Assembly (NCBI GenBank): GCA_964372765.1
Contig: CAYJSE010000001.1
Span: 118,790-182,789 of the forward strand
Direction: 5' to 3'
Source: an uncultured Planctomycetia bacterium
GTDB lineage: Bacteria > Omnitrophota > Gorgyraeia > 2-02-FULL-51-18 > CAYJSE01
DNA: 64,000 nt
Both the position numbers and the translations under genes were made by a program. The notes beneath the pieces are model-generated. The model was not told the origin of the DNA and did no database searches. It saw only the letters and a program-made list of their open reading frames with translations. Numbering within the stretch: position 1 is the stretch's first letter; each line of letters begins with the position of its first letter. Positions 1 through 10,202 of the stretch are shown here, in pieces.

Positions 1-1031
1 AGACGATGTGCGAAGAAAACTATTTTTTTCGTTTATCCAAATATCAAAGTTGGCTCATCGATTTTATACGTACCCACGAACGCTTCATTTTGCCCAAGAC
101 GCGCCGTAACGAGGTTTTGGGGTTTTTAGAAAATAATGTTTTGCAGGATCTTTGCATTTCGCGGCCCAAGGCCCGTCTTTCATGGGGCATCGAGTCGCCT
201 TTAAGCGTCCATCACGTCACCTATGTGTGGTTTGACGCGCTGGTAAACTACATCTCGGCCTGCGGTTACGGACAGGATGAGAAAAAATTCTCCGAAAATT
301 GGCCGGCCGACATCCATCTCATTGGCAAAGATATCTTGAAGCATCACGCGGTGTTCTGGCCGATTGTCCTAAAAGCGCTCGGGTTGGAACTGCCGCGTAT
401 GATCTTCGCGCACGGATGGTGGGTGCAGGGCGGGGAAAAAATGTCCAAGTCGCGCGGCAATGTGATCGATCCGGCCGCGCTGTGTCAAAAATACGGCGTG
501 GATGCTTATCGCTACTTCCTTCTGCGGGAGATCCCGTTCGGCCAGGACGGCGTGTTCAGCGAAGAGGCGTTGGTTCAGCGCTTCAACCATGATCTCGCGA
601 ACGATTTGGGCAACTTGTTAAGCCGCACGCTCACGATGTGCGAGAAGTATTTCGGCTCCGTCGTGCCGACGCCCGCTCCGGAAGTTTTGACAGGGGAGCT
701 GGCCGGGAAGGCGCGCGAGTTGCCGCGGAAGCTCGTAGGGTTTTTAGGGGAATGTGCTTTTTCCGAAGGCCTGGCCGCGATCTGGTCACTCGTGGGCGAG
801 GCGAACCAGTTCATCGAGACCCGGGCGCCGTGGAAGCTCGCCAAAGAGGGAAAGAAGAAAGAGCTTTTACAGGTAATACAGCAGTTACTTGAAGTACTGA
901 AATCACTAGCTATACTTTTAGAACCGTTCATGCCCGAGACGGCCGAGAAGATCGCTCGGCAGCTGGGGGTAGGCGGCCGCATACAAAAAGGCGAGTCGCT
1001 TTTCCCCCGCATCGACGTCAAAAAAATATGA
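1..1031 (+). CDS. metG: methionyl-tRNA synthetase, C-terminal part (5' end outside window)
   Basis: ORF runs in from the window edge. Translation has MetRS class-I features: KMSKS-like 'KMSKSRGN' and the anticodon-binding region. Stop at 1029-1031 overlaps the next ATG. Confidence 0.9.
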   Translation, partial: TMCEENYFFRLSKYQSWLIDFIRTHERFILPKTRRNEVLGFLENNVLQDLCISRPKARLSWGIESPLSVHHVTYVWFDALVNYISACGYGQDEKKFSENWPADIHLIGKDILKHHAVFWPIVLKALGLELPRMIFAHGWWVQGGEKMSKSRGNVIDPAALCQKYGVDAYRYFLLREIPFGQDGVFSEEALVQRFNHDLANDLGNLLSRTLTMCEKYFGSVVPTPAPEVLTGELAGKARELPRKLVGFLGECAFSEGLAAIWSLVGEANQFIETRAPWKLAKEGKKKELLQVIQQLLEVLKSLAILLEPFMPETAEKIARQLGVGGRIQKGESLFPRIDVKKI

Positions 1032-2194
1032 ACGCCTATTTAGACTACAACTCCACGACACCACTGGACCCCGCGGTGCTGGACGCGATGTTGCCGTACT
1101 TCAAAGGAGAGTTTGGTAATGCCTCGAGCATTCACAAAAAAGGACAAACCGCGCGTCACGCGGTCGAGGCGGCGCGGGAGCGCATCGCGGACTTTATAGG
1201 AACGGAGCCGGGCGATATCGTTTTTACCTCGGGCGGCACGGAGGCCGACAATCTGGCCATCAAAGGCGTGATGATAGGCTGCGCTGAAAAACGTAAACAG
1301 CTTGTGGTGTCGGCCATCGAGCACCAGGCCGTGTTGGGTCCCGCGGAACTTTTGAAGAAAAGTGGATTCGAAGTGACCGTTGTCCCTGTGAAGAAAAACG
1401 GGATTGTGGATTTAGACCGTTTAAAAGAGACGATCACGCCCAAAACGGCGCTGGTCAGCCTGATGCACGTCAATAATGAAGTGGGCGCGATCCAGCCGGT
1501 GAAAGAAGCGGGGGAGATGGCCCACGCCCAAGGCGCTTTTTTTCACTGCGATGCGGTGCAGTCTTTCGGAAAATTGCTCCTCGACGTGGAAAAGATGGGG
1601 GTGGATTTGCTTTCTATGTCGGCGCATAAGATTTGTGGCCCAAAAGGGGCCGGCGCCCTATACATAAGGAAGGGGATGAAGCTGAAAGCCCAGACCCACG
1701 GCGGTCACCAGGAAAAAAATGTGCGTCCCGGCACCGAAAACGTGGCGGGAATCGTGGGATTTGGCAAGGCCGTGGAGCTCGTTGAAACGCTGCATACAGA
1801 AGAGGCGCAAAGGGTAGAAAGACTCCGCAACCGGCTCCATGGGGGACTGCGCCAAAATCTTTCAGGTCTTCATTTAAACGGTGATCCAGACCGGCGACTC
1901 TACAGCACACTCAACCTTTCTTTTGAGGAATTGGATGGCGAGACAATTCTCATGAATCTGGATTTAAAGAATATTTTTACTTCAACTGGTTCCGCTTGCA
2001 CGGCCGGCTCTGTCGAGCCCTCGCATGTGTTGCTCGCGATGGGTTTGTCGGAAAAACTGGCGCGGGCCGCCGTACGGTTTTCCCTGGGGCGTTTCACCAC
2101 CGACGCCGAAATCGACTACGTGCTGCAAGAGCTGCCCCCCATCATCGAGCGCCTCCGCAAAACCTCTACCTCAAAATCGAGAGTTGATGGATGA
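1028..2194 (+). CDS. iscS: cysteine desulfurase (class V aminotransferase, NifS/IscS family)
   Basis: 388 aa. N-terminal 'LDYNSTTPLDP', PLP-lysine region 'SMSAHKICGPKG', active-site Cys loop 'GSACTAGS'. ATGA overlap with metG. Confidence 0.8.
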   Translation: MNAYLDYNSTTPLDPAVLDAMLPYFKGEFGNASSIHKKGQTARHAVEAARERIADFIGTEPGDIVFTSGGTEADNLAIKGVMIGCAEKRKQLVVSAIEHQAVLGPAELLKKSGFEVTVVPVKKNGIVDLDRLKETITPKTALVSLMHVNNEVGAIQPVKEAGEMAHAQGAFFHCDAVQSFGKLLLDVEKMGVDLLSMSAHKICGPKGAGALYIRKGMKLKAQTHGGHQEKNVRPGTENVAGIVGFGKAVELVETLHTEEAQRVERLRNRLHGGLRQNLSGLHLNGDPDRRLYSTLNLSFEELDGETILMNLDLKNIFTSTGSACTAGSVEPSHVLLAMGLSEKLARAAVRFSLGRFTTDAEIDYVLQELPPIIERLRKTSTSKSRVDG

Positions 2195-2960
2195 GTCTAT
2201 GTTAATTGATACGCACTGTCATTTGCATTTTAAGGAATTTGATGCGGATCGCGAAGAGGTGATCGGCCGAGCTCGCGCGGCTGGTATCGGCTATTTCGTC
2301 AATATCGGCACAGACCCGGCGACCAATGTCCAGGCGCTGGCGCTCGCCGAAAAGCACGACTTTATTTACTCGACGATCGGTCTTCATCCGCATCATTCGC
2401 ACGAAGTTTCGGACGCTGATTTGACAGACATCGGGCGATCATTTTCTACCAAAACCGTGGCGATCGGGGAAATCGGCCTCGACTATTTTAAAAGCGAAGC
2501 CGCTCCGGACACTCAAAAAAAGGCTTTTATCCACATGATCCGTTTTGCGCTTCTGAAAAAGAAGCCCGTAGTTGTGCACTCGCGCAACGCTTTCCGCGAT
2601 ACGCTGGACGTTTTAAAAACCGAAGGCCAAGGGAGTTTGCGCGGCGTGATGCACTGCTTTTCTTACGGCAAGGAGGAGCTGAGGGAGCTCTTGGATATCG
2701 GTTTCTTGGCGTCATTCACCGGTAACATCACGTTTAAGAGCGCGGCGGCGCTTTTGGAAGTGGCCGCGTTTGCGCCGCTCGAGTCGATCATGCTCGAGAC
2801 GGACGCGCCTTATCTGGCGCCGCAAAGTTTGCGAGGCCAAAGAAATGAGCCCGCGTTTTTAACGCACACCGCGAAAGTGTTAGCCGAGAAACGCGGCATC
2901 CCGGAAGAAAAACTAGCCGTGGTCACCAGCCAGAATGCCAAAGATCTTTTCCTACTTTAA
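2187..2960 (+). CDS. tatD: TatD family metal-dependent hydrolase/DNase
   Basis: Internal start MDESMLIDTHCHLHF (the TatD HxH motif) at 2187, overlapping the iscS stop. The larger ORF 2025-2960 has an implausible Cys/Pro-rich N-terminal extension. Confidence 0.85.
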   Translation: MDESMLIDTHCHLHFKEFDADREEVIGRARAAGIGYFVNIGTDPATNVQALALAEKHDFIYSTIGLHPHHSHEVSDADLTDIGRSFSTKTVAIGEIGLDYFKSEAAPDTQKKAFIHMIRFALLKKKPVVVHSRNAFRDTLDVLKTEGQGSLRGVMHCFSYGKEELRELLDIGFLASFTGNITFKSAAALLEVAAFAPLESIMLETDAPYLAPQSLRGQRNEPAFLTHTAKVLAEKRGIPEEKLAVVTSQNAKDLFLL

Positions 2961-3975
2961 AGAGCATCGCGGCACGGGTTGGATGCTGGTATTTGTGCTC
3001 GCGTTCTATTCGGTGATGCTGTGGGCGCATGAGGAGCCCCCGGCCAAAGACTCCACGCGCCTTGAAGGGCGCCTGACGATGGACGAGTTGAAAGACATGG
3101 AGAAACGCTTCCTGTCCAATATCCAGTCACAGCCTCAAGGCCTGAGACTCGCGGCGCTTCTTTTTTTACTCGTTTTGACGGCCGGGGCTCTGATCAACTT
3201 TTATCTTTTAGCGCGCCGGCTGGGGGGCGAGACTCTCATTCTCGGCATGCCGCTAGGTCCTACGCCCGTGCCGTGGGGCGCCGGCGATGTATTCGGGGTG
3301 TTTGTGTTTTTATTTTTTTGCGAAGCGATGCTGCTTTTTTGGGAAATCACAATCGCGGCGGTGCTGGGGCTCAAGGATTTCGCCGGGAATTTTCTTCTCA
3401 TGACCAACAGTCTCTTGCGCGATCTCTTTGTGGCCGCGATGGTGGTGTGGCTTGTCACGAAGAAGTTCGGCCGGAATGTATCGGAGATCGGTCTCACCCC
3501 GCAACGTCTTTTTAAAAATGTGTTCCAGGGTTTTTTGGCCTACACGGCCGTGATTCCGTGGCTTTTGGTGATCGTGATTGTGATTTCGGGACTGCTCAAA
3601 ATTTTTTCCCTCGAACCGCCGCCGCAACCCGTGGTCGAGATTTATTTAAAAGAGTCCAAAGAGCGACACCTGATTTATTTTACGGTGTTTGTCGCGATGG
3701 TGGGGCCGGTGATCGAGGAGGTATTTTTTCGCGGGTTTGCGTACACCGCGTTTCGGTCGAAGTTCGGCGTAGGCCGCGCGATGCTTTTATCCTCGGTGAT
3801 TTTCGCGGCGCTTCACTTTAATTGGGTGGCGCTTTTCCCAATATTTTTCCTGGGGCTGTTCCTGGCTTACCTGTACGAAAAGACGGGATCGCTCACGGCG
3901 CCGATGACGGTGCACATGCTGCACAATCTCGTGATGGTATTTTTTGTGCTTGGGTTTAAGGGACTGGCGCAGTGA
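2935..3975 (+). CDS. CPBP family intramembrane metalloprotease (CAAX protease / Abi-like membrane protein)
   Basis: Polytopic hydrophobic protein with the CPBP motifs 'EEVFFRG' and 'FAALH'. An alternative start at 2983 (MLVFVL...) is possible. Confidence 0.7.
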   Translation: MPKIFSYFKEHRGTGWMLVFVLAFYSVMLWAHEEPPAKDSTRLEGRLTMDELKDMEKRFLSNIQSQPQGLRLAALLFLLVLTAGALINFYLLARRLGGETLILGMPLGPTPVPWGAGDVFGVFVFLFFCEAMLLFWEITIAAVLGLKDFAGNFLLMTNSLLRDLFVAAMVVWLVTKKFGRNVSEIGLTPQRLFKNVFQGFLAYTAVIPWLLVIVIVISGLLKIFSLEPPPQPVVEIYLKESKERHLIYFTVFVAMVGPVIEEVFFRGFAYTAFRSKFGVGRAMLLSSVIFAALHFNWVALFPIFFLGLFLAYLYEKTGSLTAPMTVHMLHNLVMVFFVLGFKGLAQ

Positions 3976-4850
3976 ACGGAGAATGTGATTTCTTGCGATC
4001 AATTCGGAAGCGCCTAAAGAAGGGCCGAGGCGTCATCGTGGGCATCGGCGATGATACGGCCGTGCTGCGGCCCGGGGTGGGGAAAGATCTGCTTTTCACC
4101 ACGGATATGTTGATCGAAGATCATCATTTTCGCTTGGGTGAGGCAAGCGCGTTTCAGATCGGATGGAAGGCGATGGCTGTGAACGTTAGCGACATCGCGG
4201 CGATGGGCGGACAGCCCACAGGAGCGGTCGTGGCTGTGGGTTTCCCAAAAAACACCCGTCCGCGTTTTGCGCGCGAACTGTACCGGGGTCTTGAGGCCGT
4301 GTCCAAAAAATTTGGCATCACGATCGCCGGGGGGGATACCAACGCAGCGCGTAAGCTCACGGTGTGCGTGGCGCTTTTGGGTGAGGCGCCCAAAGGTCGG
4401 CCCATTTTACGTAGTCACGCAAAAGTCGGGGATAAAATTTTTGTGACCGGCGCGCTCGGGGGGTCGCTCGCGTCGGGCAAACACTTGCGTTTTATGCCCA
4501 AGATCCAAGAGTCCCAGTTTCTGACGGACAATTTTAAACTCCACGCGATGATCGATATTTCCGATGGACTTTCGTCGGATCTTGGGCGTATCCTGGAGGA
4601 AAGCGGGGTGGGTGCCGTGATTGAGGAGAAAAAGATCCCTGTTTCGTCCAACGCCCAAGGGATCGTGGGTGCTTTGAACGACGGCGAGGACTTTGAGCTT
4701 TTGTTCACACTGTCGGCGCGAGAGGCTGGGCGGCTTCACCGGTTTTTCCCCATCGGAAGCATTGTGCCGAAGAGCGAAGGTTTTAAAATCATAGGTCGTG
4801 ATGGCAAAGCAAAAAAAGTTCGGATCGAAGGGTACGACCACTTTCGTTAG
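3972..4850 (+). CDS. thiL: thiamine-monophosphate kinase
   Basis: GTG start overlapping the upstream stop. 'GIGDDTAVL' and the AIR-synthase-related fold motifs typical of ThiL. Confidence 0.8.
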   Translation: MNGECDFLRSIRKRLKKGRGVIVGIGDDTAVLRPGVGKDLLFTTDMLIEDHHFRLGEASAFQIGWKAMAVNVSDIAAMGGQPTGAVVAVGFPKNTRPRFARELYRGLEAVSKKFGITIAGGDTNAARKLTVCVALLGEAPKGRPILRSHAKVGDKIFVTGALGGSLASGKHLRFMPKIQESQFLTDNFKLHAMIDISDGLSSDLGRILEESGVGAVIEEKKIPVSSNAQGIVGALNDGEDFELLFTLSAREAGRLHRFFPIGSIVPKSEGFKIIGRDGKAKKVRIEGYDHFR

Positions 4851-5262
4851 CTGTTCGGTGGCGGAAACTAAAAAGATTGGCCGCGCGATCGGTGAGCGAC
4901 TGGTGTCGGGGGACGTCGTGGCATTAGTGGGAGATCTTAGCGCCGGCAAGACGACGCTGGTCAAGGGTCTCGTCAAGGGGTTGGGCGCGCCGAATCCCGA
5001 ACGGGAAATCGTAAGCCCCACCTTTGTTTTGATCCGCGAGTACGAGGGGCGCTGTCACGTGTACCATATGGACTGGTACCGTTTAGGATGCGTGACGGGA
5101 AATGACAAGCGACAGGTGCTCGATTGCTTCGCGCAAGACGCGGTGAGTCTTGTGGAGTGGGCGGATAAAGCGCGGCCTCTTTTGCCTAAAAATCGCTGGG
5201 AGATCAAACTTCAACATGCCGGAAAAGAAAAACGTTCTATTAGCGTTCGACACCTCGAGTAA
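4798..5262 (+). CDS. tsaE: tRNA threonylcarbamoyladenosine biosynthesis protein TsaE (YjeE)
   Basis: P-loop 'GDLSAGKTTLVKGL', about 150 aa, the usual tsaE-tsaB pairing. Start is uncertain (ATG 4798/4801 or GTG 4858). Confidence 0.8.
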   Translation: MMAKQKKFGSKGTTTFVSCSVAETKKIGRAIGERLVSGDVVALVGDLSAGKTTLVKGLVKGLGAPNPEREIVSPTFVLIREYEGRCHVYHMDWYRLGCVTGNDKRQVLDCFAQDAVSLVEWADKARPLLPKNRWEIKLQHAGKEKRSISVRHLE

Positions 5263-5845
5263 CACGTTGAGCGCCGGACTGTATAGGCGCGGGGAGAAGA
5301 TGGCCGGTTTTACCTCCGACGGGTTTATCCGGCATTCGGGATCCCTGGCGCCGGCGTTGAAAGATCTCTTACAAAAAGCGCGTCTAGAGCCGGCGGATTT
5401 GGAGGCGATCGCGGTGGGGCTGGGGCCGGGTTCGTTTACGGGTTTGCGCGTGGGGGTCACGACGGCCAAAGTTTTGTCGTTTGCGTCGGGCTGCCAACTG
5501 GTGGGGGTTTCGAGTTTAGAGGCCATGGCGCTGGGCGCTGGCACGGAGGGTCGCGATATTGCAATCGTGCTGGACGCCAAGAAAAACCAAGTGTACGCCG
5601 CGTCGTATGTGTGGAAGAGCGGAAAAGTTCGTGTGCGCCGGACACCTCATTTGGCGAATCGCGACGCGTTTTTAAAAAAACTTGCGCTGGGGAGCGTTGT
5701 CATTCAAAAACCGCTCGTGAGCGCCGATTGGATCGCGCGGCTGGCATGGGATAAGATAAGCGCCAAGCAGTTCGCGGATCCCGTGCGTTTGGAACCGATC
5801 TATCTTTATCCCAGGGACTGCAACGTGACACTTTCAAAAAAATGA
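5216..5845 (+). CDS. tsaB: tRNA t6A biosynthesis protein TsaB (YeaZ)
   Basis: 'VLLAFDTSSNTLSAGLY' ASKHA-fold N-terminus. Internal ATG at 5216 chosen over the ORF start at 5150. Confidence 0.8.
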   Translation: MPEKKNVLLAFDTSSNTLSAGLYRRGEKMAGFTSDGFIRHSGSLAPALKDLLQKARLEPADLEAIAVGLGPGSFTGLRVGVTTAKVLSFASGCQLVGVSSLEAMALGAGTEGRDIAIVLDAKKNQVYAASYVWKSGKVRVRRTPHLANRDAFLKKLALGSVVIQKPLVSADWIARLAWDKISAKQFADPVRLEPIYLYPRDCNVTLSKK

Positions 5846-6960
5846 ATCTAGCCCCCTGCTGGATTGAAATTGATCTTGGCCGCCTACGCCGGAACTTGCG
5901 CGCGGTGCGGCGGCGTCTCGGTCGCGAGAGCGCCGAAGTGTTGGCGGTTGTGAAGGCCGACGCTTATGGCCACGGCATGCTTCCGGTGGCGCAAACGCTT
6001 GCGAAAGAAGGCGTGCGTTTTTTTGGCGTCGTGAGTCTGAAAGAGGCGTTGGCGCTTCGCGGCGCATGTTCCGAAGCGCAGATTCTGGTGATGGGGAGTT
6101 TTCATCGCGGCGAGGTGGCGCGATATATCGAGCATCGGATTACGCCTACGATTTCATCGCTGGAGGACGCGGAAGTTTTTGCGAAAGGCGCGCGCGCAAA
6201 AACCGGACATTATCCTGTGCAGGTGAAGGTGGATACGGGCATGGGACGCTTAGGCGTGTGGCATGAAGAAGCCGACGCGCTTTTTGAACGTCTTGTCCGG
6301 CAGAAATTTTTGACCGTGGCCGGACTTTATACGCACTTCGCGAACGCGGATGCGGAAGATAAGCGTCACACCGAAGCACAGACACGGCTTTTTGAAAAAA
6401 TGCTGGGTGTGGCTCGGACGTTTGGGCTCGACCCTTCCTATGTGCACGCGGCCAATAGCATGGGATTGGCGCACCACGGGCGCTCTCTTTTTAATCTGGT
6501 CCGGCCGGGGATTCTTTTGTACGGCGTGGACCCGGGCTTCGTGGCAAGTCCCGGTATTGACGTACAACCTATTTTATCGTTTAAGACGCGCGTGGCGTTT
6601 TTGAAAGAAGTGGCGAAGGGCCGCAGTATCAGCTATGGCTCGACGTACAAAACCAGGCGGGATACGCGTATCGCTGTGTTACCTGTGGGTTACAGCGACG
6701 GTTACCGTATCGGGTTCTCCAATAAGGCCAAGGTGCTGATTCGCGGGCGTCGCTACCCCGTGGTGGGACGCGTGACCATGGACCACACGATGGTGGATGT
6801 CGGACAGCGCTCACCTGTGCGGCGCTGGGACGAGGTGACGCTGATCGGTGAAGACAAGCGCCAACGCGTCACTAGCTCGGAACTCGCAACTCTCGCCAGC
6901 ACCATCCCTTACGAAATCCTATGCGGTCTCTCCAGCCGCGTTCCTAGGATTTACAAATAG
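5842..6960 (+). CDS. alr: alanine racemase
   Basis: PLP-lysine motif 'VKADAYGHG', 372 aa. ATGA overlap with tsaB. Confidence 0.9.
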   Translation: MNLAPCWIEIDLGRLRRNLRAVRRRLGRESAEVLAVVKADAYGHGMLPVAQTLAKEGVRFFGVVSLKEALALRGACSEAQILVMGSFHRGEVARYIEHRITPTISSLEDAEVFAKGARAKTGHYPVQVKVDTGMGRLGVWHEEADALFERLVRQKFLTVAGLYTHFANADAEDKRHTEAQTRLFEKMLGVARTFGLDPSYVHAANSMGLAHHGRSLFNLVRPGILLYGVDPGFVASPGIDVQPILSFKTRVAFLKEVAKGRSISYGSTYKTRRDTRIAVLPVGYSDGYRIGFSNKAKVLIRGRRYPVVGRVTMDHTMVDVGQRSPVRRWDEVTLIGEDKRQRVTSSELATLASTIPYEILCGLSSRVPRIYK

Positions 6961-6973
6961 GTTGTGATATAAT
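6950..6973 (+). promoter_or_regulatory. putative sigma-70 promoter with extended -10 (TGaTATAAT) upstream of the ilvB-ilvH-ilvC-leuA operon
   Basis: TG at 6965-6966, TATAAT at 6968-6973. A TTTACA -35-like hexamer at 6950-6955 is spaced poorly (12 nt). RBS 'aaggggg' precedes the GTG start at 6996. Confidence 0.3.
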
Positions 6974-6995
6974 TCAATACTTTTAAGGGGGTACT

Positions 6996-8672
6996 GTGTC
7001 CAAAATAACCGGCGCGCAGGCGGTAGTCGAAGCGTTTACCCAAGAAGGCGTGGAGTATGTGTTTGGCCTTCCAGGAGGAGCGTGTCTGCCGCTTTACGAC
7101 GCGCTGTACGACGCAAAATTTAAAGTGGTTTTGGTGCGTCACGAGCAAGGCGCCGTGCATATGGCGGAAGGGTATGCGCGCTCCACCGGCAAACCGGGCG
7201 TTGTCGTGGTTACTTCGGGCCCCGGCGCCACCAATACGGTCACCGGCATCGCCGATGCTTACATGGACTCCATCCCGGTCGTGGTGATCACCGGCCAGGT
7301 GAAGTCGTATCTGATCGGCAACGATGCTTTTCAGGAAGCGGATGTTACCGGCATCACGCGGCCGATCACGAAACACAACTATCTAGTAAAAAACGCGCTC
7401 GACCTGCCGCGTGTTTTAAAAGAGGCTTTTTATCTGGCGTCTCACGGACGTCCCGGGCCGGTGCTCGTGGATCTGCCGAGCGATGTGAGCCTCATGTCGT
7501 TTGACTTTCAGTATCCCAAAGAAGTGAATATTCGCGGTTTTAAACCCGTGCTTCAGGGCCATCCGGGTCAGATCAAGCGCGCCGCGAAACTGATCAAAGA
7601 ATCCAAGAAGCCGGTGGTTTACACCGGAGGCGGTGTGGTGATCGCGGGCGCGGCCAAAGAGCTTCTGGAGTTTGTGGAAAAAATCCAGGCGCCGTGCACC
7701 AACACGCTGATGGGCTTGGGCGGTGTGCCCGGTACGCATCCGCTTTTTATGGGCATGCTCGGCATGCACGGCACCGTGTACTCGAACCGGGCGGTTCACG
7801 AGAGTGATCTTTTAATCGCGGTGGGCGCGCGTTTTGATGACCGCGTGACCGGCGATCTTAAAAAATTTGCGCCGCACGCGAAAGTCATTCACATGGACGT
7901 GGATCCATCCGCGATTTCCAAGAATATAAAAGTGGACGTGCCGATTGTGGGGGATGTGAAGCAAATTTTGCGTGAGCTGAATAAAGTGGTGAAGCCCGGC
8001 GACACCCAGGCCTGGCTGGCGGATGTCGAAAAGTGGAAAAAAGAAAACCCGCTCCGCTATCGCGATGATGCGGACGAACTACGCCCGCAGTACGCGATCC
8101 AGAAGCTGTGGGAGATTTTAGGCGGCGACGCGATCGTGAGCACCGACGTGGGCCAGCACCAGATGTGGGCCGCGCAGTACTACAAGTTTAACGGGCCCAA
8201 CCAGTTTTTGACAAGCGGCGGGCTGGGCACGATGGGCTACGGTTTTCCGGCCGCCATCGGCGCGCAGTTGGCGTACCCTAAAAAAACCGTCGTGTGTATC
8301 ACGGGTGACGGCTCCATCCAGATGAATATCCAGGAAATGGCGACGGCCGTGATTCACAAGCTGCCCATCAAGATCGCGATCATCAACAACGGATATCTCG
8401 GCATGGTGCGCCAGTGGCAGGAGGCGTTTTATAATCACCGCTATTCCAGCTCCAACATGTCGGGCAATCCGGATTTTGTGAAGCTGGCCGAAGCCTATGG
8501 AGGCGCGGGTATCCGTGTGGAGAAAAAAGCGGAAGTGGTGAAGGCGATTGAGTGGGCCCAGACCGTGAACGACCGGCCGTGCGTGCTGGACTTTATCGTG
8601 CGTGAAGAGGAGAACGTGTATCCGATGATCCCGTCGGGCAAGTCGTTTGAAGAAATCATGGACATGGCCTAG
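6996..8672 (+). CDS. ilvB: acetolactate synthase large subunit (biosynthetic AHAS)
   Basis: 558 aa, ThDP-enzyme motifs 'GDGSIQMNIQE'. GTG start. Confidence 0.9.
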   Translation: MSKITGAQAVVEAFTQEGVEYVFGLPGGACLPLYDALYDAKFKVVLVRHEQGAVHMAEGYARSTGKPGVVVVTSGPGATNTVTGIADAYMDSIPVVVITGQVKSYLIGNDAFQEADVTGITRPITKHNYLVKNALDLPRVLKEAFYLASHGRPGPVLVDLPSDVSLMSFDFQYPKEVNIRGFKPVLQGHPGQIKRAAKLIKESKKPVVYTGGGVVIAGAAKELLEFVEKIQAPCTNTLMGLGGVPGTHPLFMGMLGMHGTVYSNRAVHESDLLIAVGARFDDRVTGDLKKFAPHAKVIHMDVDPSAISKNIKVDVPIVGDVKQILRELNKVVKPGDTQAWLADVEKWKKENPLRYRDDADELRPQYAIQKLWEILGGDAIVSTDVGQHQMWAAQYYKFNGPNQFLTSGGLGTMGYGFPAAIGAQLAYPKKTVVCITGDGSIQMNIQEMATAVIHKLPIKIAIINNGYLGMVRQWQEAFYNHRYSSSNMSGNPDFVKLAEAYGGAGIRVEKKAEVVKAIEWAQTVNDRPCVLDFIVREEENVYPMIPSGKSFEEIMDMA

Positions 8673-8674
8673 CA

Positions 8675-9193
8675 TTGGCAGTCCATGAAGCGACGCCTAT
8701 TTTACAGCATGTGATTTCGGCGCTGGTGGAAAACCAGCCCGGAGTTTTAGCTCGTGTCGTGGGACTTTTTTCGGCGCGGGGGTTCAATATCGATTCGCTC
8801 GCCGTGGGCGAAACCGATGACCCGACGGCCTCACGCATCACGATCGTGGTGTCCGTGGACCAAAAGACGTTTGAGCAGATCAAAAAGCAGCTCAATAAGC
8901 TGATCGACGTGATCAAGGTGCAGGATTTGACGATCGAGGGTTACGTGGACCGCGAGCTCATGATGCTGAAGCTAAAAACCACACCGAAGTTAAAAGAGCT
9001 TTTGAAGACGCTGGTCGGCAAATACCACGTCCAGATTTTGACGCAAGGCGAAGAGGTGACGGTTGTGGAGTCCACGGAGTCGCGCGAAAATACCCAGAAG
9101 CTGTTTGATATTTTTAAAGACGTCGGGATTTTGGAGATAGCCCGCACCGGAACCGTGGCGCTTTCTAAAAAACAATTGATTACACAAATATAA
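8675..9193 (+). CDS. ilvH: acetolactate synthase small (regulatory) subunit
   Basis: ACT domain 'LVENQPGVLARVVGLFSARGFNIDSLAV'. Start may be the GTG at 8711 rather than the TTG at 8675. Confidence 0.85.
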   Translation: MAVHEATPILQHVISALVENQPGVLARVVGLFSARGFNIDSLAVGETDDPTASRITIVVSVDQKTFEQIKKQLNKLIDVIKVQDLTIEGYVDRELMMLKLKTTPKLKELLKTLVGKYHVQILTQGEEVTVVESTESRENTQKLFDIFKDVGILEIARTGTVALSKKQLITQI

Positions 9194-9212
9194 TAAGTTA
9201 GGGGGGTCAAAA

Positions 9213-10199
9213 ATGGTGAAGATTTATTACGATAAAGACGCGGATTTGAGCTTGATTCAGAAAAGAACCGTGGCCGTGATCGGCTATGGGATTCAAGGGC
9301 GTGGGCAGGCGCTAAACCTGCGCGACAGCGGTGTCCGCGTGATCATCGCCCAGCGGCCGGGCGGACCAAACTTCGAGATGGCCTTAAAAGACGGCTGGAA
9401 ACCGGTGAGCGCCGAAGAAGCGGCCGAAAAGGCCGACGTGATCATCATCCTGGCGCAGGATCCGCTGCAGTCCGAGATTTATAGAAAATCCGTGGAGCCG
9501 TATCTGACGAAGGGCAAGGCGCTGGCTTTTTCGCACGGTTTCAATATCCACTTTAAGCAAATCGCGCCGCCGAAATACGTGGATGTGTTCATGGTGGCTC
9601 CGAAAGGGCCCGGAAGTCTCGTGCGGCGGCTCTATGAAGAAAAAAAAGGCGTGCCGTGCCTCATGGCCGTGCACCGGGACGCGACCGGACAGTGCAAGAA
9701 ACTGGCGCTTTCTTACGCGAAGGCGCTCGGCGGCACGCGCGCGGGTGTTTTGGAGACGACGTTTAAAGAGGAGACGGAAACGGATCTTTTCGGTGAACAG
9801 GCGGTGCTGTGCGGCGGCACAAGCGCTTTAATCAAAGCCGGTTTTGATACGCTCGTGAAGGCCGGTTACCAGCCGGAGCTTGCGTACTTCGAGTGTCTGC
9901 ATGAGCTGAAGCTCATCACGGACATGATTTACGCGACCGGGATTCAAGGTATGCGCAAACGCGTGTCGGACACGGCCGAGTTTGGCGATCTGACGCGGGG
10001 GCCTCGTGTGGTCAATCAGAAGACACGCAAGGAGATGCGGAAGATTTTGAAAGAAATTCAATCCGGAAAGTTTGCCAAAGAATTTTTGGAAGACTACCGC
10101 AAGGGCAAGAAGAAATTTGAAAGGTTACGCCACGAGGATGACAGCCATCGGATCGAGAAGGTGGGATCGGACTTGAGAAGGATGATGAGCTGGTTGTGA
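9213..10199 (+). CDS. ilvC: ketol-acid reductoisomerase
   Basis: 328 aa class I KARI, Rossmann 'IGYGIQGRGQALNL'. Confidence 0.95.
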   Translation: MVKIYYDKDADLSLIQKRTVAVIGYGIQGRGQALNLRDSGVRVIIAQRPGGPNFEMALKDGWKPVSAEEAAEKADVIIILAQDPLQSEIYRKSVEPYLTKGKALAFSHGFNIHFKQIAPPKYVDVFMVAPKGPGSLVRRLYEEKKGVPCLMAVHRDATGQCKKLALSYAKALGGTRAGVLETTFKEETETDLFGEQAVLCGGTSALIKAGFDTLVKAGYQPELAYFECLHELKLITDMIYATGIQGMRKRVSDTAEFGDLTRGPRVVNQKTRKEMRKILKEIQSGKFAKEFLEDYRKGKKKFERLRHEDDSHRIEKVGSDLRRMMSWL

Positions 10200-10202
10200 T
10201 GA

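Noticed and set aside
2025-2186. N-terminal 54-aa extension of the tatD ORF (Cys/Pro/Ser-rich)
   Set aside because: It overlaps iscS in another frame and is not conserved-looking. TatD's own HxH start motif begins at 2187.
4407-5021. 204-aa minus-strand ORF spanning the thiL/tsaE junction
   Set aside because: Antisense to two well-supported genes, low-complexity translation.
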